DNA of 63,161 bases, counting the filler, from Octopus bimaculoides (taxonomy: Eukaryota): assembly GCF_001194135.2 (NCBI RefSeq). It is 3 parts of 3 records of this genome, joined end to end, with 100 filler letters (N's around TTAATTAATTAA, not from the genome) between each part and the next. Parts side by side here need not be neighbours in the genome. Positions count along the whole stretch, not along the records: positions 29,268 to 53,324 come from NC_068988.1; positions 53,425 to 63,161 come from NC_068987.1; 1 more part is not named here. The stretch is one strand, 5' to 3'. Shown in pieces: positions 52,257 through 63,161 of the stretch. Position numbers and translations under genes: made by a program. Every line of letters begins with the position of its first letter. Positions within the stretch are counted from its first letter, which is position 1. The notes under the pieces are model-generated. The model was not told the DNA's origin. It did no database searches and saw nothing but the letters and a program-made list of their open reading frames with translations.

Positions 52257-52563
52257 AGGCGCGTGGCTTAGTGTTTAGAGTATTTGGCTCGCGATTTGCT
52301 TGTGAGTTCAATTCCTACGGCGTGTTGTATCCTTAAGCAAGACATTTTACTTCACAGTGCTCGAGTCCACTCAAGTGTCAAAAATGAATCGTACCTGTAA
52401 TTCAAAGCCCAGCATTGGTGTCACACCGAATCTGCCTGAGAACTACGCTGAGTATACGCGTGTCTGTGGAGTACTCGGCTACTTACACGTTAATTTCATG
52501 ATCAGGCCATTCTGTTGATCGTATCAACTGGAACCATTGTTGTCGTAATCGACGCAGTGCCAG
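52257..52563 (+). mobile_element. SINE family C (long form)
   Basis: AGGCGCGTGGCTTAGTG..GAGTTCAATTCC head; body homologous to 16338-16656. Confidence 0.78.
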
Positions 52564-52904
52564 CTTTCTGCTAGAGATAATATATGTTTGCACATCACTA
52601 ATCAGATCATAGAAGACAAACATCAACTGCTTTACTAACAAATTGGCCGAAATTTTAAACTTTGTCTTCGTTTAATATAATTATAGGCCAAAAGTTATCA
52701 ATGTGACACCCTACCCCTTATTTGGATCCTTTCTCAGCAGCTCTACTGCTTCTTGATTCACATAACTGGGGAATCTCCCATCGTGCAGCAAGCTACGTAG
52801 ATATTTGCCAGAAAGCTTCTAAACAAGTCTGCTATATAAGAGTAAAGCTTATAGGGCATGCCATCGAAACAAGGTGGTTTGTTCCGTCCGCAAAGTTCCA
52901 CCCA

Positions 52905-53320
52905 TCACTCCCCGTATAACAGCATTTTCTACTGGCTCTTTACGTTCGGATTTCAAATTCTGCCGTAGTTAACTTTGCCTTTCACCCATCTACGATCGAT
53001 AAAATTAAGTACCACTCAAGTATTGAGGTCGATGCTGTCGGTTACCGCCTTCCTCTCGAATTTGGTGGACTTGTGCTCAAATTGGAAACCATTATTACGA
53101 ATCCACATAGTTTAGTAGGTTGGTGAAATACTAAGCGTGGCTGATTAAATGCGTCGCGGTATTTGCTCCGGTTTTTCGTTTCGAGTTCAAATTCCGCTTG
53201 GGTAAATTTTACTTCTCATCCCTCCAAGATCGACAAAATCTAATATCAGTCAAGTACAGCGGCCGAATTAATCGACTCTTCCCACACACCAAGTTTGAGG
53301 CTTTGTGCCTATATTAAAGA
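52905..53320 (+). mobile_element. Two diverged tandem SINE family A copies
   Basis: TTCAAATTC(T/C)GC..CTTTCACCC..GATCGATAAAATTAAGTACC motifs occur twice. Confidence 0.6.
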
Positions 53321-53368
53321 TGGCNNNNNNNNNNNNNNNNNNNNNNNNNNNNNNNNNNNNNNNNNNNN

Positions 53369-53380
53369 TTAATTAATTAA
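53369..53380. other. Artificial scaffold spacer (N44-TTAATTAATTAA-N44)
   Basis: Same 100-bp design as 29168-29267. Confidence 0.95.
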
Positions 53381-53424
53381 NNNNNNNNNNNNNNNNNNNN
53401 NNNNNNNNNNNNNNNNNNNNNNNN

Positions 53425-53469
<45 letters not shown>

Positions 53470-54286
53470 ATACATATATATACATATATATACATATATA
53501 TATATCTGTACACATATACAGACATAGACACGCACGCACACATACACACACACACAAACACACACACGCACACTGGTGAACGATAGGAATTTCCTAAAAC
53601 AATTTTATTGAAAATTGCTTGCGGCACAAAGTATGAGGTAATGATTTTCAGGAAATAATTGAAAACTATAGATTAATTTTTGCAGTAATAGTTTTTATTG
53701 TAGTATCATGAAATAATAATGCGTTGTAAAATTGTCTTGAAATTTGCTTAACAGAAGTCAGGAAGGTCATATCAAAGCCTGGTTCCAAAACTCGGCACCA
53801 AAGCCTTTGCATTTCGAAGTCATAGAATGGATGATATGGATATGTCATTAAGATGATAATCTTGAAAAAATTGAAGAATTTGAAGCTGGGAATTCTTCCC
53901 ACATATACTCAAATTGGACATAATATGAACGTCACTTAAAATAGACGTAAGAAATATATTTGTAACCATTAAGTGGTTAAGAAAAAAACAACACTTGATT
54001 TGTAATTTTATTGTCTTCCAACATGCAAATCGCAATTGTTTTAGTTTTTCTTTTTTTTTAATTTAATTAACAAAAGGAACCAAAATGAAAAAAATAAATC
54101 CGGTGAAGATTATTGCCAATTTTAAATATTTAGTCCAATATTTATCATATTCTGTAGGTTTATAGGTTGTTTGTTTTAGTACTTACTATAATTTTATTGT
54201 GAAAATTTTACGCTCTCATTTCACTTATTCTTGTCTTACTGTATATATATATATATATGTATATATTATATATATATGCATATACG

Positions 54287-54326
<40 letters not shown>

Positions 54327-54669
54327 NNNNNNNNNNNNNNNNNNNNNNNNNNNNNNNNNNNNNNNNNNNNNNNNNNNNNNNNNNNNNNNNNNNNNNNNNN
54401 NNNNNNNNNNNNNNNNNNNNNNNNNNNNNNNNNNNNNNNNNNNNNNNNNNNNNNNNNNNNNNNNNNNNNNNNNNNNNNNNNNNNNNNNNNNNNNNNNNNN
54501 NNNNNNNNNNNNNNNNNNNNNNNNNNNNNNNNNNNNNNNNNNNNNNNNNNNNNNNNNNNNNNNNNNNNNNNNNNNNNNNNNNNNNNNNNNNNNNNNNNNN
54601 NNNNNNNNNNNNNNNNNNNNNNNNNNNNNNNNNNNNNNTATATATATATATATATATATATGTTTCTCA

Positions 54670-55650
54670 TGAAACGGAAATCGTAAGTGGTGTCCCCAGG
54701 GAACTGTTCTGGGGTCTTTATGTTAATAATAGCCCTCTTAGACATGCCCACTGTCACTCGGACAGCCACTATCACTAGCTATGCCGATGACACAAAATTA
54801 TCAGGCAGTAAAAAACCAAGAGGATGTTGCAAGCTTACAGCGGGACATGAACTTAGTGTACAAGTGGGCTGAAATAAACAACGTGCAGTTTAATGCTGGG
54901 AAATTTCAAGTACTGCAATATAAACTCAGTACAAATACAGTACAATGTATATTTACAGGACCCTTAGGCACTAGAATCTCAGAGTCCCAGGCAGTGAAAG
55001 ACTTGGGGATCAGCATGTGCAATGACGCATCATTTCATATGCACATAAGCAAGATGGCAGCAAAGTGCAGACAACAGGCAGGATGGATACTGAGGTCCTT
55101 CAAGACAAGAGACCAAGAAGTTATGTTGACCCTGTGGAGAAACTTTGTTCTCAGCTGCCTGGACTACTGTTCCCAGTTATGGTCACCACATTGTGCCAAA
55201 CTAACTGTGGAGCTTGAAGCCCTCCAATGCAACTGCACTAAAAAGATTGAAACAGTGCAGTGGATGAGCTATAAGAATAGGCTGAGAAAACTACAGCTCT
55301 ACTCCTTGGAGCGAAGGCTAGACAGATTCGCAATAATATACATATGGAAAATTCTAGAAGGGCTAGTATCTAACTTTGGCATTGAGTATTATACAAATGC
55401 CAGAACCTGCCGTCATTGCATTGTACCAAAGGTACCATCCACTCCATCTTAATTCAGGACCAGGTATTGCAATAGCCTAGGGTTCAAAGCCCCACAGCTT
55501 TTCAAAGCCTTGCCACGAAAATTAAGAAATTTGCATGAGGTGGAAGTAGATGTCTTCAAAAAGGAAATAGATATCCTCCTCTCCACAATACCGGATGAAT
55601 CAACAGCCCGACAAGAGATGCAGACGAGGGCAACGGAATCAAACTGAATT
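54670..55650 (+). mobile_element. CR1-group LINE RT C-half and 3' end (decayed)
   Basis: SGVP.GTVLG..TSYADDTK..YKWAEINNVQFNAGKFQ..KDLGI..LDYCSQLWSP..LQLYSLERR..IWKILEG. Confidence 0.9.
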
Positions 55651-55800
55651 ATACATCAAATATACTAATACCTGGGAAAAAGGCACATACAGGCGTATTG
55701 ATGTGAAACACCCAGCCTGAGGAAGTCAGAAAGACTATGGTGGTGCTCCAGTATGACAACAGCCGCATAGCTGAAACGAGTGGAAGATTAAAACACTGTA

Positions 55801-55887
<87 letters not shown>

Positions 55888-55909
55888 GTATAAATACACA
55901 CACACACAC

Positions 55910-55940
<31 letters not shown>

Positions 55941-55966
55941 TGTATGTATGTGCATATATATGATTA

Positions 55967-56165
55967 TACGAGGGGTCACCGAAGAGTTTCTGGCTTTGGG
56001 TAAAACAAAATACATGAAGAGCAATTAATTATGATTTTATTTAACATATAATCCCCTCTCAGATTCATACACTTATTGCGGTAGTCCTTCAGTTTTTGTA
56101 AGGCGTAGAAAAGAACTCAGAAGTTTAGGCCTCCAGCCAGGCCTTTCGGGATACCTTAAAACCAG
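55967..56165 (-). mobile_element. Mariner 3' end with TIR
   Basis: TA-CGAGGGGTCACCGAAGAGTTTCTGGCTTT terminus; minus translation WLEA.TSEFF..LQKL..RNKCMNLRGDY. Confidence 0.72.
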
Positions 56166-56329
56166 GAAATCTTTAGAAACAAGTACGGTTAATTGTGGTA
56201 GTAGAAATGGTTGATATAGCTAACACAGTAAGAACGTCGGAAAATGAAGTTAGTACAGCCATATATACAAATAAATATAGTAAATTCTCATGCAGAGAGA
56301 AATCAAAATGCCATTGGTGAATCTCTGTA

Positions 56330-56720
56330 TGAGTACAAATCTTGTGTATAAATGTACCGCGCGCACAAGGGAGAGGACTGTATGCCTACATTGGGCAAAC
56401 GGCTGATCCATTTAATAATCGTTATCGCAACCAAGTCGCCAGCTTCAAGACAATCAATAAGAGACATTCAACATATTTGGCCGACTTTGTGTGTCGACTG
56501 AACGAAGATAAAATTAAGTATAGCATAACTTGGTCCATAGTAAGGCACACGAAACCATACAATGTCATTTTCAGAAGATGCTGACTTTGCTCCGAGGAAT
56601 CCTCGTCTATTCTCTTGACCAATGAGAAGATCATTAATAGAATTTCTGAAAGACTCTCAAGATGCCTACATGCATATAAATGTACTTTCACACGATGCAG
56701 TAGGAATGAATTTGAGTAAC
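56330..56720 (+). mobile_element. Penelope-like element GIY-YIG endonuclease relic
   Basis: YIGQTADPFNNRYRNQVASF..HSTYLADFV..ITWSIV..PYNVIFRRC*LCSEE..IL..IN..SE..S.CLH (PLE GIY-YIG with C.LC motif), one in-frame stop. Confidence 0.85.
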
Positions 56721-58199
56721 TGTTAATATAATTAATTTTAATGTATGGCTGAATTAAATTTAGCTTTAACCTCTCCGTTCTTATAAACACCAAGTAGCTG
56801 TTTAACTCGCTATGTGAACGTGTGTGTACGTTGACCTAGCGAGTTTACCTGGATGCTTGCGCAAGGGCGTTTATACATACATATCCGTTAACGGTTATTT
56901 TAAATACTTTTCTCGATGTATTGCGTGTTCGTTTCTTTTCGAATCTGTTATTTTATTTTTGATCTTCTATATAAATGAAAATATGTCCTTCTTTTTCTGC
57001 TTTTCCTTATACGAAATGAGAAGATACATTGCGGGACTATTATTTTAACGAGTTATATCTATTTATCACCCAAACAGACACATCCGCACCGTCGGACGCT
57101 CCTCAGTCAGTCATTAAGTATCCCACCCGTAAAGGATCGATGCTAAATGTGTTGAAACTATTGTCGTGAGTAAAATTCTCGTATCTCCCATCGTCCGTCG
57201 TCCATTTATCATATACATAGCGATCACTGTGAAAGTTGCCGCAATTTACTAGTAAGCTACCAGGTATAAACCACTCGTTTTAATATATATATATATATAT
57301 ATANNNNNNNNNNNNNNNNNNNNNNNNNNNNNNNNNNNNNNNNNNNNNNNNNNNNNNNNNNNNNNNNNNNNNNNNNNNNNNNNNNNNNNNNNNNNNNNNN
57401 NNNNNNNNNNNNNNNNNNNNNNNNNNNNNNNNNNNNNNNNNNNNNNNNNNNNNNNNNNNNNNNNNNNNNNNNNNNNNNNNNNNNNNNNNNNNNNNNNNNN
57501 NNNNNNNNNNNNNNNNNNNNNNNNNNNNNNNNNNNNNNNNNNNNNNNNNNNNNNNNNNNNNNNNNNNNNNNNNNNNNNNNNNNNNNNNNNNNNNNTATAT
57601 GTATGTATGCATGTATGTGTGTTTGTGTGTATATATAAGTATGTGCGTATGTATGTATGTATGTATGTATGTATGTATGTATGTATGTGGATGTGTTTAT
57701 TGGACAACGCTTAGTGTTTCACTCCATCGAATCTCGGACTTTCACACACGCATAAGAGATAAATGTGTGTGATATTTCATCTTATACTTTACTATGATAA
57801 AGTATGAAAGGTTGCCCTAGGTATTACTCTGCAGGAGACTTGAAAGGTCATTTCTCATTGCTTATGCCTGACCATCTAATTAGATTTGTTGCCGATTTAT
57901 GCGCTGCTATTGCTCTATTGTGGCTTAAATGGAAACAAATCACTCGTAGAATATCGCCTTCAGGGAAAGTTGTTCTCGAAGCCGGCCTGGACTAGCTAAA
58001 GCCAATTTTAAAGAAATGTGACCTTCAGTTGGTTAGAAAATTCGTTAAAAATTTTTAAGAGAAAACTTCTTTTGTCGTTGCTGTTGGGCATTGCATTTAA
58101 TTCCAGGATAAGGAAAGCTTCAGCTACTTTTGGTGCAACACGTATTTAATAAAACAAAACACATTTCTGAGAACCGTTGAATATGGGTTAGTTCTTATT

Positions 58200-58390
58200 T
58201 CTTTACTACCCACAATGGGCTACACACAGAGGAGATAAAGAAGGACAGACAAACCGATTAAGTCGATTATATCGACCACAGAGCATAACTGGTACTTATT
58301 TAATCGACCCCGAAAGGATGAAAGGCAAAGTCGACCTCGGTGGAATTGGAACTCAGAACATAGCGGCAGACGAAATACCGCTAAGCATTT
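58200..58390 (-). mobile_element. SINE family A variant
   Basis: Reverse consensus match. Confidence 0.82.
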
Positions 58391-60879
58391 TAAATTTAAC
58401 TACTAATCTATTGATAGTACTGTCGACGTGTCATTGCAATTGTAGTATTGTAGTTCAAAGTAGCTATACTGTCCATACAAGAATAACTGATCATAACGTC
58501 ATGTGACGTGAAGAACTAATGCCATTTGAGGATGGAAAATTAGATCCTATTAGAGCCTATATAATCTCCACTGTGTGTAGTCAAGCTGAATACTTTAATT
58601 TATTCTGCGAACCAGTTTCGGTATCCAGTTTTAGGTAACTTATTTCTTTCGTTACGCTTTCTATCTATCTTGCTATTTCCAATATAAGAAGTTGTTTTTA
58701 TAAGATATACACTATATGATTTAATGTATGTCAAGAGAGAGCGATTGATTCGCAGAATCGTTAAATTAAAATAATCGAGAAAATGCCCATTTTGTATTCA
58801 AATCCCATTCATGTCTAATTTGTATTTCATTTTAAACTAAGATATATCTCATATTCTGGTGTTTTTATATGGTACTTATGCGAACGAAATTATGGAGGAA
58901 AATATTTCGTTTAACATTGAAATCTCGATTTACTAATAATCCACTTAGAGATGTTTGTTGTGAATATGGATACTGTACTTACAATTCTCAAATGAAACAT
59001 TCGGTACATCCATAGATTATTATTTCGCTACATTTACTGATCGTACGACATAATTGTTAGTCGATCACATGTAACATATCACATCTTTCAATTAGTACTT
59101 AATTTTATAGAATTCTGTTTGAGTAAAATAAACTGAACGTACTAATCTAAAAATAGACACACGCACACATGAATGAACTTATGGGTGTACTTAAATAAAA
59201 TATGGTCTCGAATTCAATCACTTTGGAACCAGTCGTCTTTCATGTAATAAATTTCATGCTCTTAAAAGATTTGCCATTAATACTAGTCTAGTAAAAATGG
59301 TTACCTTTCACACATAAATGCGAAAATGCGAAGAAACGCCATATTAGAGAAAATACGTGGATTGCAACTTTTATACAGCATTACAGATCAGATCGCAGAA
59401 CTCTCAAAGGAAATGCTAGAGGACTTTTAGATTAATCAATACCTGAGACAATTTTTTTAAAAAGTACTATGATAGTACCCCGATTTGTTACATAAAGAAG
59501 AATGATGAGTTAATAGGTTATAAAATGCTTCAGATATCAAGTTGTAGTGCGAAACAGTTACAAGTACATTAGTTGAGAAAAGATATACTGCTCTTCATTC
59601 CATACATCTGTAGCGGGAATGTTAAGCAGTCACATCAATACACCCGATGTCGCTATTCGCTAGAATATTACCCATGTGATCGACAAAATCTAACCAATAA
59701 CGACTTCGCATGGAATAGGCTCAATCGACGAATTCATGTTTTGGCGTATTTCCTTCTGAGTTCATTCAGCATTATAAATTTGGCACACCTCCACTATTTC
59801 ACAGAGAGCTCTGAGATGCTTCACGGAAAGCATTGAGAGGATGTTTAGCATTCAGTATGTGAGACAGCTAAGAGGCAACATCAGACGGGACACCACGCCA
59901 ATGGGCGATCGTTGACTGCAACACGACGACCAGCAGCAAACCTTTTGACGGCTACGTCAACCACATTAGCCCAAGAAAATTTATCTCCAAATCCTATCGA
60001 TTTTTTGTCGTTCACATTAACGACAATAGGTGCTTTTTGTTTTAAGAAAGAATAAATATTTTGTGTCGAAGATCTTAGAAGATTTAGTCGTCTTCTACGT
60101 ACACATTAAATGAAAATGTGAAAAGACCAGTAAATTCTTCTCTTGAGAAAACCGCAAAGAATACGAATCACGACAGAAGTGATAACAGCATTTATATTTT
60201 ACATTGAAGTAATTCTACAACATAGCGCATACAACCAGCAGCTGCACAGGAACAAACAGAAATCAGTGATGAATATAAGTAACGCAAATGTAGCTCATGG
60301 CAGAATTCACACAAAACACCACTACATTAACAAAGTATAGCAGGAAAGAACGATTAGGAGACGAGTCGATAAGTCACATCTCGACTTAATTTTATATGTG
60401 ATCGATCTAGTTGCCAAACAACACTTAGCCTAATTGAAGCTCCATTCTTTTGGACATCGAAAGTATTTTTGTTTTGTATTGCAATTGTCATTCTTTAATC
60501 AATGGAAGTAAAAGCAATAGATCATAATAGAAAGATATAACCAATATGTACCATCTCTCTCCATTAAAATAGCAACAGACTCAGGAAAAATATTGGACAA
60601 TTGAATACTATCATTAAGTGCAAAGGGAATTAAAAAATCATGAATCACCAGCTGCAGTTTCAAATGGAGTTTATAAGGAGTACTGAACTACTTCCAAAAT
60701 AGATATTGCTTGCTCGTTTATCTCCCTCATCTCCAATGATGTACGCTACAAATATCTCTATAAATGCTACAAACTCATCATCCCAGAATAAAGTTCAACA
60801 TGTGTAAATATCTCGCTAGTTACAGAACACTAACAACATTGAGAGGAATAATAGCCTCTTCTCGATTTGTGATAGGTAT

Positions 60880-61110
60880 ATCATAACATCTTAACTGGTC
60901 CACCTTTGCAATCCAAGAACCGGAGACAGCGGTGAAATACATGATCGGCAAAAAGATAAAGAATGCCGTTAATGCTTCGCACTCTGAATAAACCACCAAT
61001 AATTCCATGTTATTATGGAAAATATAGCCCACATCATCATAAACTGTCCAAAAATATCTGCAAGGTGCGATTACCTTCTTATGACATATGACACTTCACA
61101 CAGTTGCTAA
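60880..61110 (+). mobile_element. REL-type (R2/R4 superfamily) LINE fragment, zinc-knuckle region
   Basis: TFAIQEPETAVKY..ENIAHIIINCPKIS; homologous to the 61550 region. Confidence 0.6.
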
Positions 61111-61309
61111 ATCCTATTTTAGTCGCTAAATATTTACAATCATATGCGCGGGAAAGTTTGTCTTCATAGCCATGATAAAGTTACACCAGAACAATTATGA
61201 TTGATACACACACACATACACACATCACACACACACATACACACACACACATACACACATCACACACACACATACACACACACATACACATACATTTATA
61301 TACTCGAAA

Positions 61310-62240
61310 ATGAGAGAAACTGCATCTTCAGAGTTGGAGAAGAACTACTGTACAGGTACTCCGAGAATCCAGCTGCCTCATGCAACCCAAAGGAAGCTGA
61401 AATGGCCTACCTAAACAGAAGCTTGGAAACGTAGCAGGCATCATACCAACAAAAGGCTATGCACGGGTACATATCCTATAAGCTAGATTGGAAACAACAG
61501 CATTGACAGGAAGTGTAGCCACTCCTGGACCGGTGATAGATGCATTACATCCTACCTAGAAGGATTTGTCTTCGCTATCCAGGAATACGAGATAGCTACT
61601 AAACACCCGATAAACAGGAGGGACAAAAATACCTCCAAATCCCCACGTTGTGATACAAAATGTCGGCTCCGCTATACCAGTGTAAGAGATATCCTTCACA
61701 TCATCAGCAGCTACCCCAAAATGTCTACGAAGTATTACCTGCCCCTGAGGCATGATATTCTTGCAAAGACTATTTACAATGCTATCCTTAGGAAGGACTA
61801 CTCTGGTTTATATATCAAAAGCATGTCAGAACAAGCAGGTATTCAAACCTTTAAATACAAAGAATATTAATAGAACACCCCGATAAAAAACATCGGTTCG
61901 GTGTAAACATAACAGACCTGATATTGTTTTGTGGGCCAAGGAATAAGGTCATGCAATATTGTAGAGGTCAGATGCCCAGCGGATGTAAATGTACAATCAG
62001 AAATCCAGGAAAAAAAGAACAATTATGGCGAATTATTGGCGGAACTTACAGCTCCTGTACACTCACTATGAATTCTCATTTGTACGTGCATTAGGTTATG
62101 TACCAACAAATTTGCACAAAAAATTTGATATACTCGGTTTTCATAGGAAAAATGCAAAATGGACTGCTGCGAATTCTCTAAATCCAATCTACTAGGGGTA
62201 CAGTGAAGATTTGTAAGACACAACAAAAGTTCTCCATGTA
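61310..62240 (+). mobile_element. REL-type (R2/R4 superfamily) LINE 3' region, lineage distinct from the Dong copies
   Basis: KAMHGY..SYLEGFVFAIQEYEIATK..CDTKCRL..DILHIISSYPKMSTKYYLPLRHD..HNRPDIVLW..NIVEVRCPADVN..ALGYVP. Confidence 0.8.
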
Positions 62241-63120
62241 AGATTCTTATGTGAATAGATGCACACGTTTGGGTGCGGGCATCGACAGTTCGACCAACAC
62301 AACTCAACCATACATTTACAAACACCGGGAACTCCATTAACAGGAAAAGTCTTGTCGCTTTGCTAGAAACAGGCTTCATCTCTCTCAAGAACTTAAATTA
62401 AACTCAAAGAAAAATCATACATACATACATACAAGACTCCATAAGCAATCTTAACCGGAAATAGCCTATGTGAAAACTACTAGTGGGGCACATAATCGGC
62501 TAAAAAAAAGCATCCTAATATCCCTCATATTACCACGCCAACAACAGTCTCAAGACAAAGAAACACATTATAACTACGTTCGGTGTGTCTAAAAAGTATG
62601 AGGTAGTCACAACTGTAATGGATTCGATTAAAAATATAATCAAACATGTTACGCCGTTGAAAACACGTTTCAAGTCGCTGGCTAGTACCAGAGGGTGTCG
62701 TTCATAGGAGGTATAGAGTACATATGGTTATTGATCGATATAAGAATTTATCTATGCGAGTAGACCTATATCTGAGAACACGTGTATACATTAGCATGAC
62801 GATCTATATTTTGTGTTCGTGAATATCAAATAATATATCTCAGGTATACATGCCGGTAGTAACATGAAAGTGATTGTGGATGTATTTGTATTGTGCCGGT
62901 GTAGTTACGTGCGTTCGGAAGAAACACACACAGAAAGTTAGATTGTAAGAGCGAGAGACAGAGAGGGGAGAATATAGGAGTAGAGAGGAAGAGAAAAGGA
63001 GAAAATGGGGAGATTGAATTCTATGAGTAATGCAGATTCTATATTGAAGTTCATAAATTTGAGTCATCCATTCAAATACGCACATATTAAAATATCACAC
63101 ATTTATATATGGCTCGTGTG

Positions 63121-63161
<41 letters not shown>

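Noticed and set aside
53755-53860. RMDDMDMS reading, superficially reflectin-like
   Set aside because: A single short motif with no repeated reflectin domains, terminated by a stop.

Overview
AT-rich eukaryotic draft-assembly DNA with many microsatellites and N-gaps. The SINE repertoire and simple-repeat load point to an Octopus-like cephalopod (inference from recalled repeat families, not a database hit). I can see no intact protein-coding gene, and almost all listed ORFs are microsatellite or gap artefacts or TE relics. The window is a retroelement graveyard: Dong/R4-type REL LINEs sitting in (TAA)n arrays, a second REL-LINE lineage, a near full-length decayed RTE, an RTE-BovB 3' end, two CR1-group RT fragments, a Tx1 3' end, Penelope-like (PLE) ends including a GIY-YIG domain, Tc1/mariner relics and three tRNA-SINE families. 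Three things are not explained by simple TE naming. (1) At least eight fold-back (inverted-repeat) structures; three carry hammerhead-ribozyme-like motifs in their arms. (2) A 152-nt unit found twice inside TAA arrays as perfect hairpins with different turning points and a tandem/circular X-Y-X layout. (3) A cluster of three candidate micro-exons (12, 13 and 21 nt) on the minus strand at 41.4-42.0 kb. Two 100-bp spacers containing TTAATTAATTAA mark artificial scaffold joins. TE boundaries are approximate and identities were estimated by eye unless counts are given.
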